A stretch of DNA of 64,000 nucleotides from an uncultured Gammaproteobacteria bacterium. GTDB lineage: Bacteria > Patescibacteriota > Microgenomatia > Levybacterales > UBA12049. The DNA lies in assembly GCA_964610465.1 (NCBI GenBank), contig CAZSWA010000002.1, positions 13,423 through 77,422 of the forward strand. The letters are read 5' to 3'. Each line of letters starts with the position of its first letter. Position 1 is the stretch's first letter. Made by a program: the position numbers and the translations under genes. This document shows, in pieces, positions 47,612 through 57,808 of the stretch. The notes below the pieces were generated by a model. It saw nothing but the letters and a program-made list of their open reading frames with translations. It ran no database searches and was not told where the DNA came from.

Positions 47612-49312
47612 ATGGATGCCCAATTAACTCCAACTTTGCAACAAACTACTCAAGCACTCGATATTCAATTGATTGAAGAATTGAAAACTCTTATCAAAGG
47701 AGATGTCGTAACTGACATTGATACATTAAATCACTTCAGTCATGATACAAGTCTTTTTGAAGTAAAGCCTCAAATCGTTGTATTTCCAAAAGATGATGAA
47801 GATGTCAAAAAGCTTATTGAATTTGTCAATAAATACAAGAAAAAATATCCTAATTTATCACTTACTGGACGTTCAGCTGGAACTGATATGAGTGGTGGAT
47901 CTATCAATGACTCTATTCTTGTAGTATTTCAAAAATATTTTACCAATCTTAAGGAAATTAAGGACAACGAAGCAACTGTTCAGCCAGGTATGTTTTATCG
48001 GGATTTTGAAAAAGCAACGTTACAGCATGGACTCCTCTTTCCTTCTTATCCTGCATCCCGTGAGATTTGTGCAATTGGGGGTATTGTCAACAACAATTCA
48101 GGTGGAGAAAAATCTTTGTGTTATGGGAAAACAGAAAATTTTGTTAGAAGATTAAAAGCAGTTTTTTCAGATGGAAATAGATATGAGATAAAACCACTTA
48201 CTGAAACAGAAGTAAAACGAAAAATGCTGAAGAAAGATTTTGAAGGAGAAGTGTATCGAAAAATGTATCACTTAATTACCAAAAACTATGACCTTCTCCA
48301 GGAAGCAAAACCGAAAGTTTCCAAAAATTCTGCAGGCTACTATCTGTGGAATGTATATAACAAAGAGAAAAAAATATTTGATTTGACTAAACTTATCGTT
48401 GGTGCGCAAGGAACTCTCTGTCTTATCACTGAAGTTACTTTAGGACTTATGCCGGTCAAACCATATAGTGAAATGATGATAATATTTTTAAACGATTTAA
48501 AACATCTGGGTGAAATTATCAATGCGGTTCTCCCTCTTAAACCTGAAACATTTGAAACTTACGATGACCATACCCTAAACCTTGCGATGAAGTTCTTCCC
48601 GGAATTTGCAGCCAAACTGGGTACAAAGAATTTTATCTCAACCGGATTTCAATTTCTTCCTGAAGTACTGATGATGGTAACCGGAGGAAAACCAAAATTG
48701 ATTCTCCAAGTCGAATTTGAAGATACCAATCCGGATATCATTAATGATAAACTTGATAAATTACAGGAAGCGTTAAAACCTTTTGGAGTTCGTACCCGTA
48801 TTGCGGGTTCTATAAAAGCAGAACAAAAGTATTGGCTTATACGAAGAGAAAGTTTTAACCTCTTAAGGCAAAAAATCCGCAATAAACATACTGCACCATT
48901 TATTGACGATTTTGCAGTACGTCCTGAGTATTTACCGGAATTTTTACCAAAACTTAATGCCTTATTTACCAAATATCCGCATCTTATTTACACAGTTGCA
49001 GGACATGTAGGAGATGGAAATTTTCATATTATTCCGCTTATGAATATCGAAGACCCCAAGCAGCGTGAGATAATTCCGGTTCTTGGCAAGGAAGTATATG
49101 ATTTGGTAATCCAATACAAAGGAACCATCACCGCAGAACATAATGACGGGCTTATTCGTACACCTTATCTTCACCAGATGTATGGAGATAAAGTCTATAA
49201 GCTATTTGAAGAAACTAAAAATATTTTTGATCCCCATCATATATTTAATCCCCGTAAAAAAGTGTTTGGAGATTTAGACTTTGCCATGAGCCACGTAAGA
49301 ACCAGCTGGTAG
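47612..49312 (+). CDS. FAD-linked oxidase (FAD_binding_4/PCMH; D-lactate dehydrogenase or glycolate-oxidase-like)
   Basis: LSLTGRSAGTDMSGGS FAD-binding motif and a C-terminal FAD-oxidase_C domain. Confidence 0.8.
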   Translation: MDAQLTPTLQQTTQALDIQLIEELKTLIKGDVVTDIDTLNHFSHDTSLFEVKPQIVVFPKDDEDVKKLIEFVNKYKKKYPNLSLTGRSAGTDMSGGSINDSILVVFQKYFTNLKEIKDNEATVQPGMFYRDFEKATLQHGLLFPSYPASREICAIGGIVNNNSGGEKSLCYGKTENFVRRLKAVFSDGNRYEIKPLTETEVKRKMLKKDFEGEVYRKMYHLITKNYDLLQEAKPKVSKNSAGYYLWNVYNKEKKIFDLTKLIVGAQGTLCLITEVTLGLMPVKPYSEMMIIFLNDLKHLGEIINAVLPLKPETFETYDDHTLNLAMKFFPEFAAKLGTKNFISTGFQFLPEVLMMVTGGKPKLILQVEFEDTNPDIINDKLDKLQEALKPFGVRTRIAGSIKAEQKYWLIRRESFNLLRQKIRNKHTAPFIDDFAVRPEYLPEFLPKLNALFTKYPHLIYTVAGHVGDGNFHIIPLMNIEDPKQREIIPVLGKEVYDLVIQYKGTITAEHNDGLIRTPYLHQMYGDKVYKLFEETKNIFDPHHIFNPRKKVFGDLDFAMSHVRTSW

Positions 49313-49361
49313 AAATTGTTGCAAAGTTTTTTATTGGAGAATCAATAATCCCTCGTTGTTC

Positions 49362-51296
49362 TTAAGCACTAATGAAAACTTTCTGCAAACCCAATGTGTC
49401 GAAATCTTTTTCAGGAAGATTTGCAAATACTTTGTAAAAATAGAAGAAATTTTTACTAATGATATCAATTGCTTCATGAAGTGTAATCTTGCCATTGTAA
49501 TGGGAAACAATGGCATCCCAGAAAATAGTCCTTCCGACGGCAAATCCGACAACACCTGGAACTTTTGCTCCTTCCTGTATCCATCTGGTAACTTTTTCTT
49601 TATTTGCACCTCGTCCTAGGACTACCATACTGACATTATTTCTGTTATCACTTCGTATCTGCCGCATAATTTTTTTGTAATCCTTTTCCGTTTCTAATCC
49701 TTCAAGTTTCCAGATATCAGGTTCTATTCGTGCATCTTGAAGCTCTTTTATAAGTTTTGCTACTAGTTTTGGACGAAGGATACTATCATACATGTCTATA
49801 TCGTTTTTCACTTTTGTAAGTTGCCTTTGAGATGGAGGTACGACAACTTCGAGGAGAAATTTATAGCCTCTTTGATGACAGAAATTACTTAGTTCCCTCA
49901 AACCTTTTTGCTGTGCTTTTTTCTGTTTTACGTCATCATCAGGATTGTATTTGATAAGTGCCTTTGCAAAAGTCGGATGATATAGTTCTATATGCGCTTT
50001 AAAATCTTCACCATACTCAAAAGTAAATGCCTTCTGTCCCGTTTTTTCAGTAGTAAGAATGGTTGAAAAATTATTTTTATTGGCATTTCGCAAAATTGCA
50101 TATCCGTATTCTTCATCTACCAATATTGCTGCATCTTCTTTGGGTATACCCATTGCAACTGCATCCCGAAAGGCTTCATAAATAATTTGTTTGAAATCCC
50201 GTATCAAAGCTCTCTGCTCAAGAGTCATATGTTCAACTTCAGTTTTAAATAAATGTTCAGCAAAGGTATTCCTATGGTCAAAAGCCAAAATATATAATGG
50301 ATTTCTATATCCTAGAGAATATTCTGTTGAATCAATCCGCTCACGCATTTTTTCTTTGGTGAGAAGCCCTGCTTCAGACCCTACTTTTTCAATTACAGAT
50401 GCTGCATTTAATGCTCCCCAGCGCATCGCTTCTGTGATTGACTGTCCGTGAAGTAATGCTGCAAGAAATCCTGAAGTATATGCATCTCCAGCTCCTGTTT
50501 TTTCAATAACTTTAGCAGGAACAAGCCCAAAGATATGTGTCTTTCCATGTTCATCAATCGTATATGATCCATGTGCTCCATCTGTCATAACGACAATTCT
50601 TGGACCAAGTTTTTGTAATTTTATAAGAAGTTCTTCTTTATATTTTTCATCATCATTTTTAGTCTCACTGCCAAAAAGGAGTTGCTCTCCTTCTTCTTTA
50701 TTGAGAAAAAGAACATACGTTTTGGCAAGGAGCTTTTTTACTACATCTTTTCCTTCTCGAAGTTGAATGCTACCGGGATTAAATGCAATTTGAACATTGT
50801 GAGTAACTGCATATTCAAGCGCTTTTTTGTAAGGTGTCTCCCATTCCTGTCCGAGACTGGTTAAGAAAAGCATTTTTGCATGAACCCCTTCATAATTGAA
50901 CTCGTGTTCACGATGAATATGCTCACTAAACAGCGTTCTGTCTCCTTTGAAATTGATAGCAATAGAAAACGAAGAGGGAGCGTGTCGTGAATGTTTGACA
51001 AAACTTCTTGTCATATTTTCATGAGCTAACATATTTACAATTTTGAGAGAGAATTCATCATTTCCAATTTCTGAGAAGAGTGCAGTTTTTATACCCAAAC
51101 GTGAAAGACCGACGGCAACATTGGTAGCATTCCCCCCAAGACAAAATTCACTATGCTCAACCTCTATTTTTTCACCATGCTTGACACAAAGGTCACGGCT
51201 AGCTGCGTCTACTCTGCATTTGTTGTTGGAATCATGGATTGAAAGGAAGATATCAAGCTTCGTATCACCTACACTGATGACATCATATTCGTACAT
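49362..51296 (-). CDS. PfkB-family sugar kinase fused to a C-terminal LacD/DUF2090-like aldolase-type domain (cf. bifunctional IolC/IolJ-type 5-dehydro-2-deoxygluconokinase/aldolase)
   Basis: N-terminal ~310 aa carry the PfkB signature (..GAGDAYTSGFLAALLHG). The C-terminal ~330 aa (..ILAFDHR..LLEVVV..) is judged aldolase-like by resemblance only. Confidence 0.55.
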   Translation of the reverse strand: MYEYDVISVGDTKLDIFLSIHDSNNKCRVDAASRDLCVKHGEKIEVEHSEFCLGGNATNVAVGLSRLGIKTALFSEIGNDEFSLKIVNMLAHENMTRSFVKHSRHAPSSFSIAINFKGDRTLFSEHIHREHEFNYEGVHAKMLFLTSLGQEWETPYKKALEYAVTHNVQIAFNPGSIQLREGKDVVKKLLAKTYVLFLNKEEGEQLLFGSETKNDDEKYKEELLIKLQKLGPRIVVMTDGAHGSYTIDEHGKTHIFGLVPAKVIEKTGAGDAYTSGFLAALLHGQSITEAMRWGALNAASVIEKVGSEAGLLTKEKMRERIDSTEYSLGYRNPLYILAFDHRNTFAEHLFKTEVEHMTLEQRALIRDFKQIIYEAFRDAVAMGIPKEDAAILVDEEYGYAILRNANKNNFSTILTTEKTGQKAFTFEYGEDFKAHIELYHPTFAKALIKYNPDDDVKQKKAQQKGLRELSNFCHQRGYKFLLEVVVPPSQRQLTKVKNDIDMYDSILRPKLVAKLIKELQDARIEPDIWKLEGLETEKDYKKIMRQIRSDNRNNVSMVVLGRGANKEKVTRWIQEGAKVPGVVGFAVGRTIFWDAIVSHYNGKITLHEAIDIISKNFFYFYKVFANLPEKDFDTLGLQKVFISA

Positions 51297-51506
51297 ATTA
51301 AAATGCCTATTTTTAGCATAGAACTTTTTTTATGACATCTCAAGAGGGAAAAACATATAGAAGGTAGCATATAGTAAATAGCGAACGGCGAAAAGAGAGA
51401 AAGTATGAGTTATATGTAATATCCGATTATTGTTGAGGAGGATTTGAAGAACGCTAAACACTCTATTTGTTGCAATACATATTTTTTTTTGCTACTATGC
51501 GTATCC

Positions 51507-52925
51507 ATGCTGCCTAAAAAACTTGTTTTTGTTGATATCGAAACTACAGGCGCACGATCCTTTTATGATAGGATTATTGAAATAGGAATTTTGCGTGTTG
51601 AAGATAACAAAATAGTCTCAACCTTTAACTCTCTTGTCAATCCTGATGTTTACCTTCCTCAAGAAATAGAAATGCTTACTGGTATTACCTATCAGGATTT
51701 AGAACATGCTCCCACATTCAGACAAATTGCCAAAGATATATTTACTATGATAAAAGATTGTATTTTTGTTGCCCATAATGTGCGTTTTGATTATTCGTTT
51801 CTCAAAAATGAATTCAAACGAGAAGAAATCTCTTTCTCAGCGAAAAATCTTTGTACAGTAAAACTTTCCCGACTTCTCTATCCAGCATACCCTAAACACA
51901 ACCTTGATGCGCTGATTGAACGATTTGGCTTCTCCTGTGAAAGAAGACATCGTGCGTTTGATGATGCAAAGGTACTTTTTGATTTTTTTCAAAAAGTTCA
52001 ACAGGAATTTTCTCTAGAACTAATTGAAGAAGCAGTTAATAAAGTACTTAAAAAGCCATATCTGCCTCCCAAATTAAAACACACTGACCTTGAAACACTT
52101 CCTGAGCATGCAGGTGTCTATGTGTTTTATGCAGAAGGCGGGACTCCGCTTTATATCGGCAAAAGCAAAAATGTGAAAGAACGGGTGCTTTCTCATTTTT
52201 CTTCAGACATTAGTTCTCCATCTGAAATGAAAATAGCCCAACAAGTCGAAAGTATTGAAGTAGTAAAAACTCCAGGAGAGCTTGGAGCCTTGCTTCTTGA
52301 ATCGTATATGATCAAGAAATTTTTGCCTATTTATAATAAAAAATCACGTATAAAAAAAGAACTGATTGCACTTAAATATAAAGAAAATGAAGATGGATAT
52401 AAAACAGTCTATCTTGAACCGATAACTACAATTGATGTAGCATATCTTGATACATTCCTTGGTTTTTTTCGATCAAGAAGACAAGCAAAGGATTTTCTGG
52501 TACATCTTTGTAAAGAATATTCGTTATGTGAGAAGCTGCTCTCCCTTGAAAATACCAAGTCTTCCTGTTTTGCTTATAGACTGAATACCTGTAAAGGCGC
52601 ATGCATTAAAAAAGAAAAACCATTATTCTATAATTTGCGTTTTACCACAGCATTCTCTGCTTTTAAAATCAAACCGTGGCCATTTAGAGGACCTGTTATG
52701 ATTGAAGAGTATGATGATGAAGGAAATAAAGAATACTATGTATTAGATAAATGGTGCTACTTAGGAAAAATTACTCATGATAAGCAAGATAGTATACTTC
52801 CGGCTTCATTAGATACACTTATATTTGATCTTGATGTCTACTATATTCTAAAACAATATTTAAGAAATATAAAAAATAGCAAATATATTCATCAATGTAC
52901 GTATGAACAACTACAATCGTTCTAA
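51507..52925 (+). CDS. DnaQ-like 3'-5' exonuclease (DEDDh) fused to a GIY-YIG nuclease domain
   Basis: Exo I FVDIETTG, Exo II and Exo III (HRAFDDA), then GIY-YIG (GVYVFYAEGGTPLYIGKSKNVKERV). The start was moved to the internal ATG (MLPKKLVFVD). Confidence 0.8.
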   Translation: MLPKKLVFVDIETTGARSFYDRIIEIGILRVEDNKIVSTFNSLVNPDVYLPQEIEMLTGITYQDLEHAPTFRQIAKDIFTMIKDCIFVAHNVRFDYSFLKNEFKREEISFSAKNLCTVKLSRLLYPAYPKHNLDALIERFGFSCERRHRAFDDAKVLFDFFQKVQQEFSLELIEEAVNKVLKKPYLPPKLKHTDLETLPEHAGVYVFYAEGGTPLYIGKSKNVKERVLSHFSSDISSPSEMKIAQQVESIEVVKTPGELGALLLESYMIKKFLPIYNKKSRIKKELIALKYKENEDGYKTVYLEPITTIDVAYLDTFLGFFRSRRQAKDFLVHLCKEYSLCEKLLSLENTKSSCFAYRLNTCKGACIKKEKPLFYNLRFTTAFSAFKIKPWPFRGPVMIEEYDDEGNKEYYVLDKWCYLGKITHDKQDSILPASLDTLIFDLDVYYILKQYLRNIKNSKYIHQCTYEQLQSF

Positions 52926-52970
52926 AATAAATTCGTTTAACGAATATTGTTCTAGATAAATAAGCAGATT

Positions 52971-53132
52971 TTATCTAAAAAGCAAGAGTAAAAGTGCAAC
53001 TACTACAAATCCTCCTCCAAGCACTATATAAAACAAATCTTTCTCATGCTTTGTCCAATGATGACTTCTGCTTGCTGCATGTGATGTATGATGTCTTGCG
53101 ACATGTCTGTGTGAAACTTTTTTTCTTTTCAA
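52971..53132 (-). CDS. Small His-rich single-TM protein (~53 aa, TTG start). Below the ORF-track threshold.
   Basis: Strong SD AAAGGAGGTGA 8 nt before TTG. The sequence reads ..VSHRHVARHHTSHAASRSHHW.. then LFYIVLGGGFVVVALLLLLF (YjcZ-like GGGF hydrophobic tail). Confidence 0.35.
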   Translation of the reverse strand: MKRKKVSHRHVARHHTSHAASRSHHWTKHEKDLFYIVLGGGFVVVALLLLLFR

Positions 53133-53140
53133 TCTGATCA

Positions 53141-53230
53141 CCTCCTTTAAAATCTCTTGATTTTAAAGGATCCTCACGGAGGCCTGCGGCCTGAGAACCG
53201 CAGTTCGAAGGACCCTTCCTCGATAGTTTT
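53141..53230 (-). ncRNA. GC-rich structured leader/ncRNA candidate. An 11-bp hairpin partly sequesters the SD of the small His-rich protein, and a cluster of short GC hairpins lies upstream.
   Basis: CCTTTAAAATC-aaga-GATTTTAAAGG overlaps AAAGGAGG. Hairpins CCTC-CGT-GAGG, CTGCGG..CCGCAG and GAAGG-GTC-CTTC. The ~60% GC patch sits in an AT-rich spacer. Confidence 0.3.
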
Positions 53231-53364
53231 CTTAAATTCTAATATTAAGTACTATTACAACATCCGAGACTTGCATTGCTCTTTTCACCACAAAAATAAT
53301 TGGTCTTTATCTATGATACAGTATTTTAAGATGGGCTTGTCAAGAGGAAAAATAGATGAGTAAA

Positions 53365-54084
53365 CTAGTAACTTACAAATGTACTTACCTGTGCTTTTGC
53401 ACGGAGTCCATCAAGCCACGGCTGATATTCTTCATTAAGTTTTTCTTGATATAACTTGTCATGTGCTAATTTGTTTAACTGTGCAGGGCTTTGATCTTGT
53501 AGAAGAGTATCTTTATTATTATCTATGTACGTTTGTATATCTTTATCAGTTATCTTAATGCGTTTTGCAAGCATTTTCTCAGCTAGTTTGTCTACCACAA
53601 TAAGTTTTTTGAGATCATTTCTTGTCATATTTTGGGCTTGTAACGCAGAATCTAATTTTTGATTTTGCTTGGCTAAGGTTGATTCCATCTGATTCATTTG
53701 ATCATTTACTTCTTTGTCGCTGACTGTGACATGTTCTCGTTGTGCTTCCTGTTCGACAAGTTTTCTCGTAATGAGTGAATCAAGAACTTGTTTCCCTTGC
53801 TGTTTTTCAAGTTCACTGATTACTGTAAAACGACTTATGGGCTGTCCATTGACAACTGCTGCAACAAAAAGGCCTCTGAAAATATAAAGAAGTGACGCAA
53901 GAACAATAAGTACAAAAGCGGTAATCGCATATGATTTTCTAATCCTAACACCTGAAGTTTTTGTAGTAGAAGTTTGAGATTTTCTAGAAGTATCTATAGT
54001 ATTTTCTTTAGGGACTGCTGTTTTTTTTGCTGTTGTTCTTTTTACTATTTTTTTAGTTGTAGATTTAGCTTTTGTTCTCGGCAT
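53365..54084 (-). CDS. Membrane-anchored SurA N-terminal-domain-like chaperone (no PPIase domain)
   Basis: Basic N-terminal tail, one TM helix, then a SurA_N-type helical domain (..LITRKLVEQEAQ..). Confidence 0.55.
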   Translation of the reverse strand: MPRTKAKSTTKKIVKRTTAKKTAVPKENTIDTSRKSQTSTTKTSGVRIRKSYAITAFVLIVLASLLYIFRGLFVAAVVNGQPISRFTVISELEKQQGKQVLDSLITRKLVEQEAQREHVTVSDKEVNDQMNQMESTLAKQNQKLDSALQAQNMTRNDLKKLIVVDKLAEKMLAKRIKITDKDIQTYIDNNKDTLLQDQSPAQLNKLAHDKLYQEKLNEEYQPWLDGLRAKAQVSTFVSY

Positions 54085-54141
54085 AGTCAGTATTATATAG
54101 TCATCATTTTATAATTGCAAGACCTAAATTTATAGGTTTAT

Positions 54142-55335
54142 TTATTCAGGTGTAGAAGTTAATGTAGCTTGTAAATCAACTGTTTGCCTTTGTGAGTTAT
54201 CATTTTGATTATTATCACGATATACACTTATTGTTATCGTATCTCCTACTTTCTTTTTACTAATAAGAGTTGATAATTCTGTAGTTCCAGAAATTCTCTG
54301 TCCATCTATTTTGACAATAATATCTCCTTGTTGCACTCCCGCCTTTTCTGCCGGTGATCCCTGTACTACTTGCTGCACATATGCACCTTCTGGGATATTA
54401 TCAAGAAGTGCTAAATCACGTGAAATTGTTTTGTAGGCAACTCCAAGATATGGTCTATTAAATTGACCTGTTTGATTAAAGTTGTTCAAAGAATCTTTGA
54501 TAACATTGATAGGAATTGCAAAACCAATATTTTGTCCGCTTTCAGAAACCGCAGTATTTACTCCAATTACCTGTCCTGAAGAATTAAGAAGCGGACCTCC
54601 ACTATTCCCTGGATTTATTGCTGCATTGGTTTGGATTACATTATCAAGTTTTTCAACAAATCCTTCAAAAGGACTCCCAGCAGTAATGCCTCGTCCCAAT
54701 CCTGAAATAACTCCTGTGGTAACTGTATTTCTAAATTCTCCAAGTGCAGTTCCAATTGCGATTACATACTGACCAACTTGTAGATTTGAAGAGTTACCAA
54801 GATTAATTGGAGGTAATGACGTGCTTGCATTTTCATTGGGGTCTATTTTTAAAATTGCGACATCATTAAGAGGATCTCTATACACTTTTTGCACCGTGTA
54901 TTTTTTATCATCGTTAGTTATTATCTGATACTTTCCCTGGGTATCTGAAACAACATGTTTGTTGGTAACAATCATCCCGTCTGATGAAAGAATAAATCCT
55001 GAACCTATGCTCTGTGGTTGATTTGGTTGTATATTTTGTTGGCCTTGATCCTGCGGGAAAGGTATACCAAAAAAAGAGAATGGTCCTGAATCAAATGGCG
55101 AACTGTTAGATTGCTGTGGAGCGTTTTCAGCAACAGTAACAACTGAGGGACTTGCTTTTTTGACAATGTCTATTGTTACTGATTCTTCGGTAACTATTTT
55201 TATTTTTTCAGAACTTTGTGGAGTTGTAGAACTATTGATAAAATAATTCCCAAGGTTTGGAGCATATTTTTGAATGCTACTTATTACTCCAAGAACAATA
55301 AGCAAAACTGCAATTAATACTACTAACCTTCTCAT
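54142..55335 (-). CDS. HtrA/DegP-family serine protease with a PDZ domain
   Basis: Trypsin-like catalytic motifs including GNSGGPLLN, and a C-terminal PDZ domain. Confidence 0.9.
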   Translation of the reverse strand: MRRLVVLIAVLLIVLGVISSIQKYAPNLGNYFINSSTTPQSSEKIKIVTEESVTIDIVKKASPSVVTVAENAPQQSNSSPFDSGPFSFFGIPFPQDQGQQNIQPNQPQSIGSGFILSSDGMIVTNKHVVSDTQGKYQIITNDDKKYTVQKVYRDPLNDVAILKIDPNENASTSLPPINLGNSSNLQVGQYVIAIGTALGEFRNTVTTGVISGLGRGITAGSPFEGFVEKLDNVIQTNAAINPGNSGGPLLNSSGQVIGVNTAVSESGQNIGFAIPINVIKDSLNNFNQTGQFNRPYLGVAYKTISRDLALLDNIPEGAYVQQVVQGSPAEKAGVQQGDIIVKIDGQRISGTTELSTLISKKKVGDTITISVYRDNNQNDNSQRQTVDLQATLTSTPE

Positions 55336-55714
55336 TTCTGTTGTTCTTTATTATAAATATTCTTATGTTTCTCTGCAAGTGTAGTATGGAATTCTTAAAA
55401 AAAGCTGAAAAGTATGTGACTAATCTTTTTATTTATTTTTTGGGTGCAGAAGTTTGAGGTTTGTGATTTTGATTATATTCTATGTGTGCTTTTACTAATT
55501 TGTTTACCATAGGCAACATTTTTTCTCTTTCTTGTTGTTGACTTTTATTCTCTCCAGAAAGAGGTATATAGTGATTGCTTGCCCACTGATATACATCCGA
55601 ATCGACATTTCCATGAAGTGCCTGTGTTGCAATCTCATCAAAATCAATCGTAGGGTTATTTTCTTGTTGATGTTAAGGTTTATTTTCAGGACTTCTCATG
55701 TGATGAATATTATA

Positions 55715-56995
55715 TTATTGATTGACTAATGCTTCAACTGCTTTTTCAAGTTGTGTATCATGAGTTGGATCTTTTTGATCTAACTCAACGCTTATATCTG
55801 GTTTGAGTCCTGTACCATCTTTTCCATTTCCAACCCATGTACCATTTGGAGTTAACCATTTGGCAATAGTGATATGAAGTCCTGCTCCGCCACCTAGATC
55901 TTCTGCTTCTTGTACTGTTCCTTTCCCAAATGAATTTTCACCAACAAGTATGGCGCGTTTGTTGTCTCGCAACGCGCCTGAGACTATTTCGGCTGCAGAT
56001 GCTGAACCTTTATTGAGAAGAACTACCACAGGGATATCTGTTAATCGACCTTGTCCCGTAACTTTTTCAGAAGTTCTATTCCCATTTCTGTCTTCCTCTA
56101 AAACGACATCTCCATCTTTTATAAATTCTGAAGCAATATATTTCGCATCGTTCAAATATCCGCCAGGATTATTGCGTACATCCAAAATAATTCCTTTGGG
56201 CTTTTTACCATTTTGGATATCATTCACAATCCCATTTACGACATTTTGCCATTCCTGATTGGTTGAATCTCCAAATTGGGAGAGTCTTATATACGTAATG
56301 GGAGTATTGAGATTACTCTTTAAATCTCCATTTTTGTTTATCCCTTCAATATCTTTCACTTGTTTGGTCCAGGAAGTCACACTTTTAACAGATATTGTAT
56401 CTCTCACAATATGAATATCGGTTGGTGGCTCACCTGATTTTCGCAGTACAGTAAGTGTAACGGATGTTCCTTTGGGCCCTCTAATTTTATCAACTGCTTG
56501 ATTAAGAGACCAACCTGCAGTTACTACACCATCTACTTTTATCACCGCGTCTCCTGCTTTAACGCCTGCTTTTTGTGCTGGACTTCCATCAAGAGGTGCA
56601 ACGACAATAATTTGTTTATTTTTCATTCCGAGTTCTGCGCCAATTCCTTCAAATTTCCCTGCTAAATTCTGTTTGAAATTATCATTTTGTTGAGGAGGAA
56701 GATAAAGAGTATATGGATCGTCAACACTGTTCACCATTCCAGAAATTGCTCCGTCCAAGATTTTTTGCGCGTCTATTGCGTTCTTGTTGTAATAGTTGGA
56801 TTGAAGTTTATCAAGTACATTCCAGAACTGAGTAAAATCTGCATGCATCAATGAAGGTGGTGGTTCCTTGCTTGAGAATGCAACTTGCGGCTGAAAATTT
56901 TTCCAATCAAGACTAACTTTGGTTATTCCAACCCAGTAGCCTATCAATAATGAAACAACTATTATCAGCCCTAATCGTAATTTTGATGTATTCAT
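55715..56995 (-). CDS. Carboxyl-terminal processing protease (S41, CtpA-like) with a PDZ domain
   Basis: RNNPGGYL and S41 core. The start is at the internal ATG that overlaps the upstream stop (ATGA). Confidence 0.85.
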   Translation of the reverse strand: MNTSKLRLGLIIVVSLLIGYWVGITKVSLDWKNFQPQVAFSSKEPPPSLMHADFTQFWNVLDKLQSNYYNKNAIDAQKILDGAISGMVNSVDDPYTLYLPPQQNDNFKQNLAGKFEGIGAELGMKNKQIIVVAPLDGSPAQKAGVKAGDAVIKVDGVVTAGWSLNQAVDKIRGPKGTSVTLTVLRKSGEPPTDIHIVRDTISVKSVTSWTKQVKDIEGINKNGDLKSNLNTPITYIRLSQFGDSTNQEWQNVVNGIVNDIQNGKKPKGIILDVRNNPGGYLNDAKYIASEFIKDGDVVLEEDRNGNRTSEKVTGQGRLTDIPVVVLLNKGSASAAEIVSGALRDNKRAILVGENSFGKGTVQEAEDLGGGAGLHITIAKWLTPNGTWVGNGKDGTGLKPDISVELDQKDPTHDTQLEKAVEALVNQ

Positions 56996-57780
56996 AAATC
57001 TGTGAGTAGTACTGCTTTCGCTTTCCCTTCCAGATATATCCTCTTTGCCTTCCATTTCATTAGTGTATCATATTCTCCATCAGGTATTTCAATTACAGGT
57101 GTGATAATATTTTTTTCTGTAAGATATGTGATATCTTCGTCCTCTATATTGGTTGCGATTATTCCTTTTACTCCTATCGCTATGGCTTTTAGTAAAATTT
57201 CTCTTTCAAATCGCTTCCCTGTAATTACTTTATCTATCACTTTATCATCTATTTGATAAGCTTGAATTCCTTTTCCATCTTCCGGCTCACGCAATTCATA
57301 TAATTCCCCTTCTCCTTTATCTCCGCTACCTTTGTTTGCTATGAGTGCGTTTGCCTGAGTAGTAACAGCAATTTTTTCATTATTGCATAAATCCACCATA
57401 CCATCAACAGGTGAAATAATATTTTCTGTAAGAGACTGGTATGAATTTCCATCTTCTGCCTGTAATTTGATAACAAGATTTCCGCTGTCGCGTTCATAGC
57501 GTATAACTGCTCCTTGGACGTTGCTTATCACTTCTGACTTGTCCATTCCGAGGAAATTACTTTTTATGGCAAGGATATCACCTGGGGTGACAATATCTCC
57601 TGGTTTTTTCTTCACCAGCGTTCTTGCTTTCTGGACCGGTACTCCTAATTCTTCTGCAATATTGATAATTTTTTCCTGGACAATTTCTTTTGTTGCAAGA
57701 GATTGCCCTTTTTTGACTGTATCACCTTGTTTTACAAGAGGTGAAAATCCATTTGATAAAGAAAATGTAAGTGTAGGCAT
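56992..57780 (-). CDS. Hypothetical protein with lipoyl/biotinyl-like hybrid barrel motifs
   Basis: VKQGDTVKKGQSL and GDIVTPGDILAIK. Translationally coupled to ctpA. Confidence 0.45.
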   Translation of the reverse strand: MPTLTFSLSNGFSPLVKQGDTVKKGQSLATKEIVQEKIINIAEELGVPVQKARTLVKKKPGDIVTPGDILAIKSNFLGMDKSEVISNVQGAVIRYERDSGNLVIKLQAEDGNSYQSLTENIISPVDGMVDLCNNEKIAVTTQANALIANKGSGDKGEGELYELREPEDGKGIQAYQIDDKVIDKVITGKRFEREILLKAIAIGVKGIIATNIEDEDITYLTEKNIITPVIEIPDGEYDTLMKWKAKRIYLEGKAKAVLLTDL

Positions 57781-57808
57781 TGCGACCCTTTATTTAGAAT
57801 AGCAAATA

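Noticed and set aside
55532-55729. 65-aa ORF in the htrA-ctpA spacer and other <90-aa ORFs lying antisense within pyrC, pyrD, pepA, tkt and others
   Set aside because: No promoter or RBS context, and they overlap conserved genes or AT-rich spacers. Typical random ORFs in AT-rich DNA.
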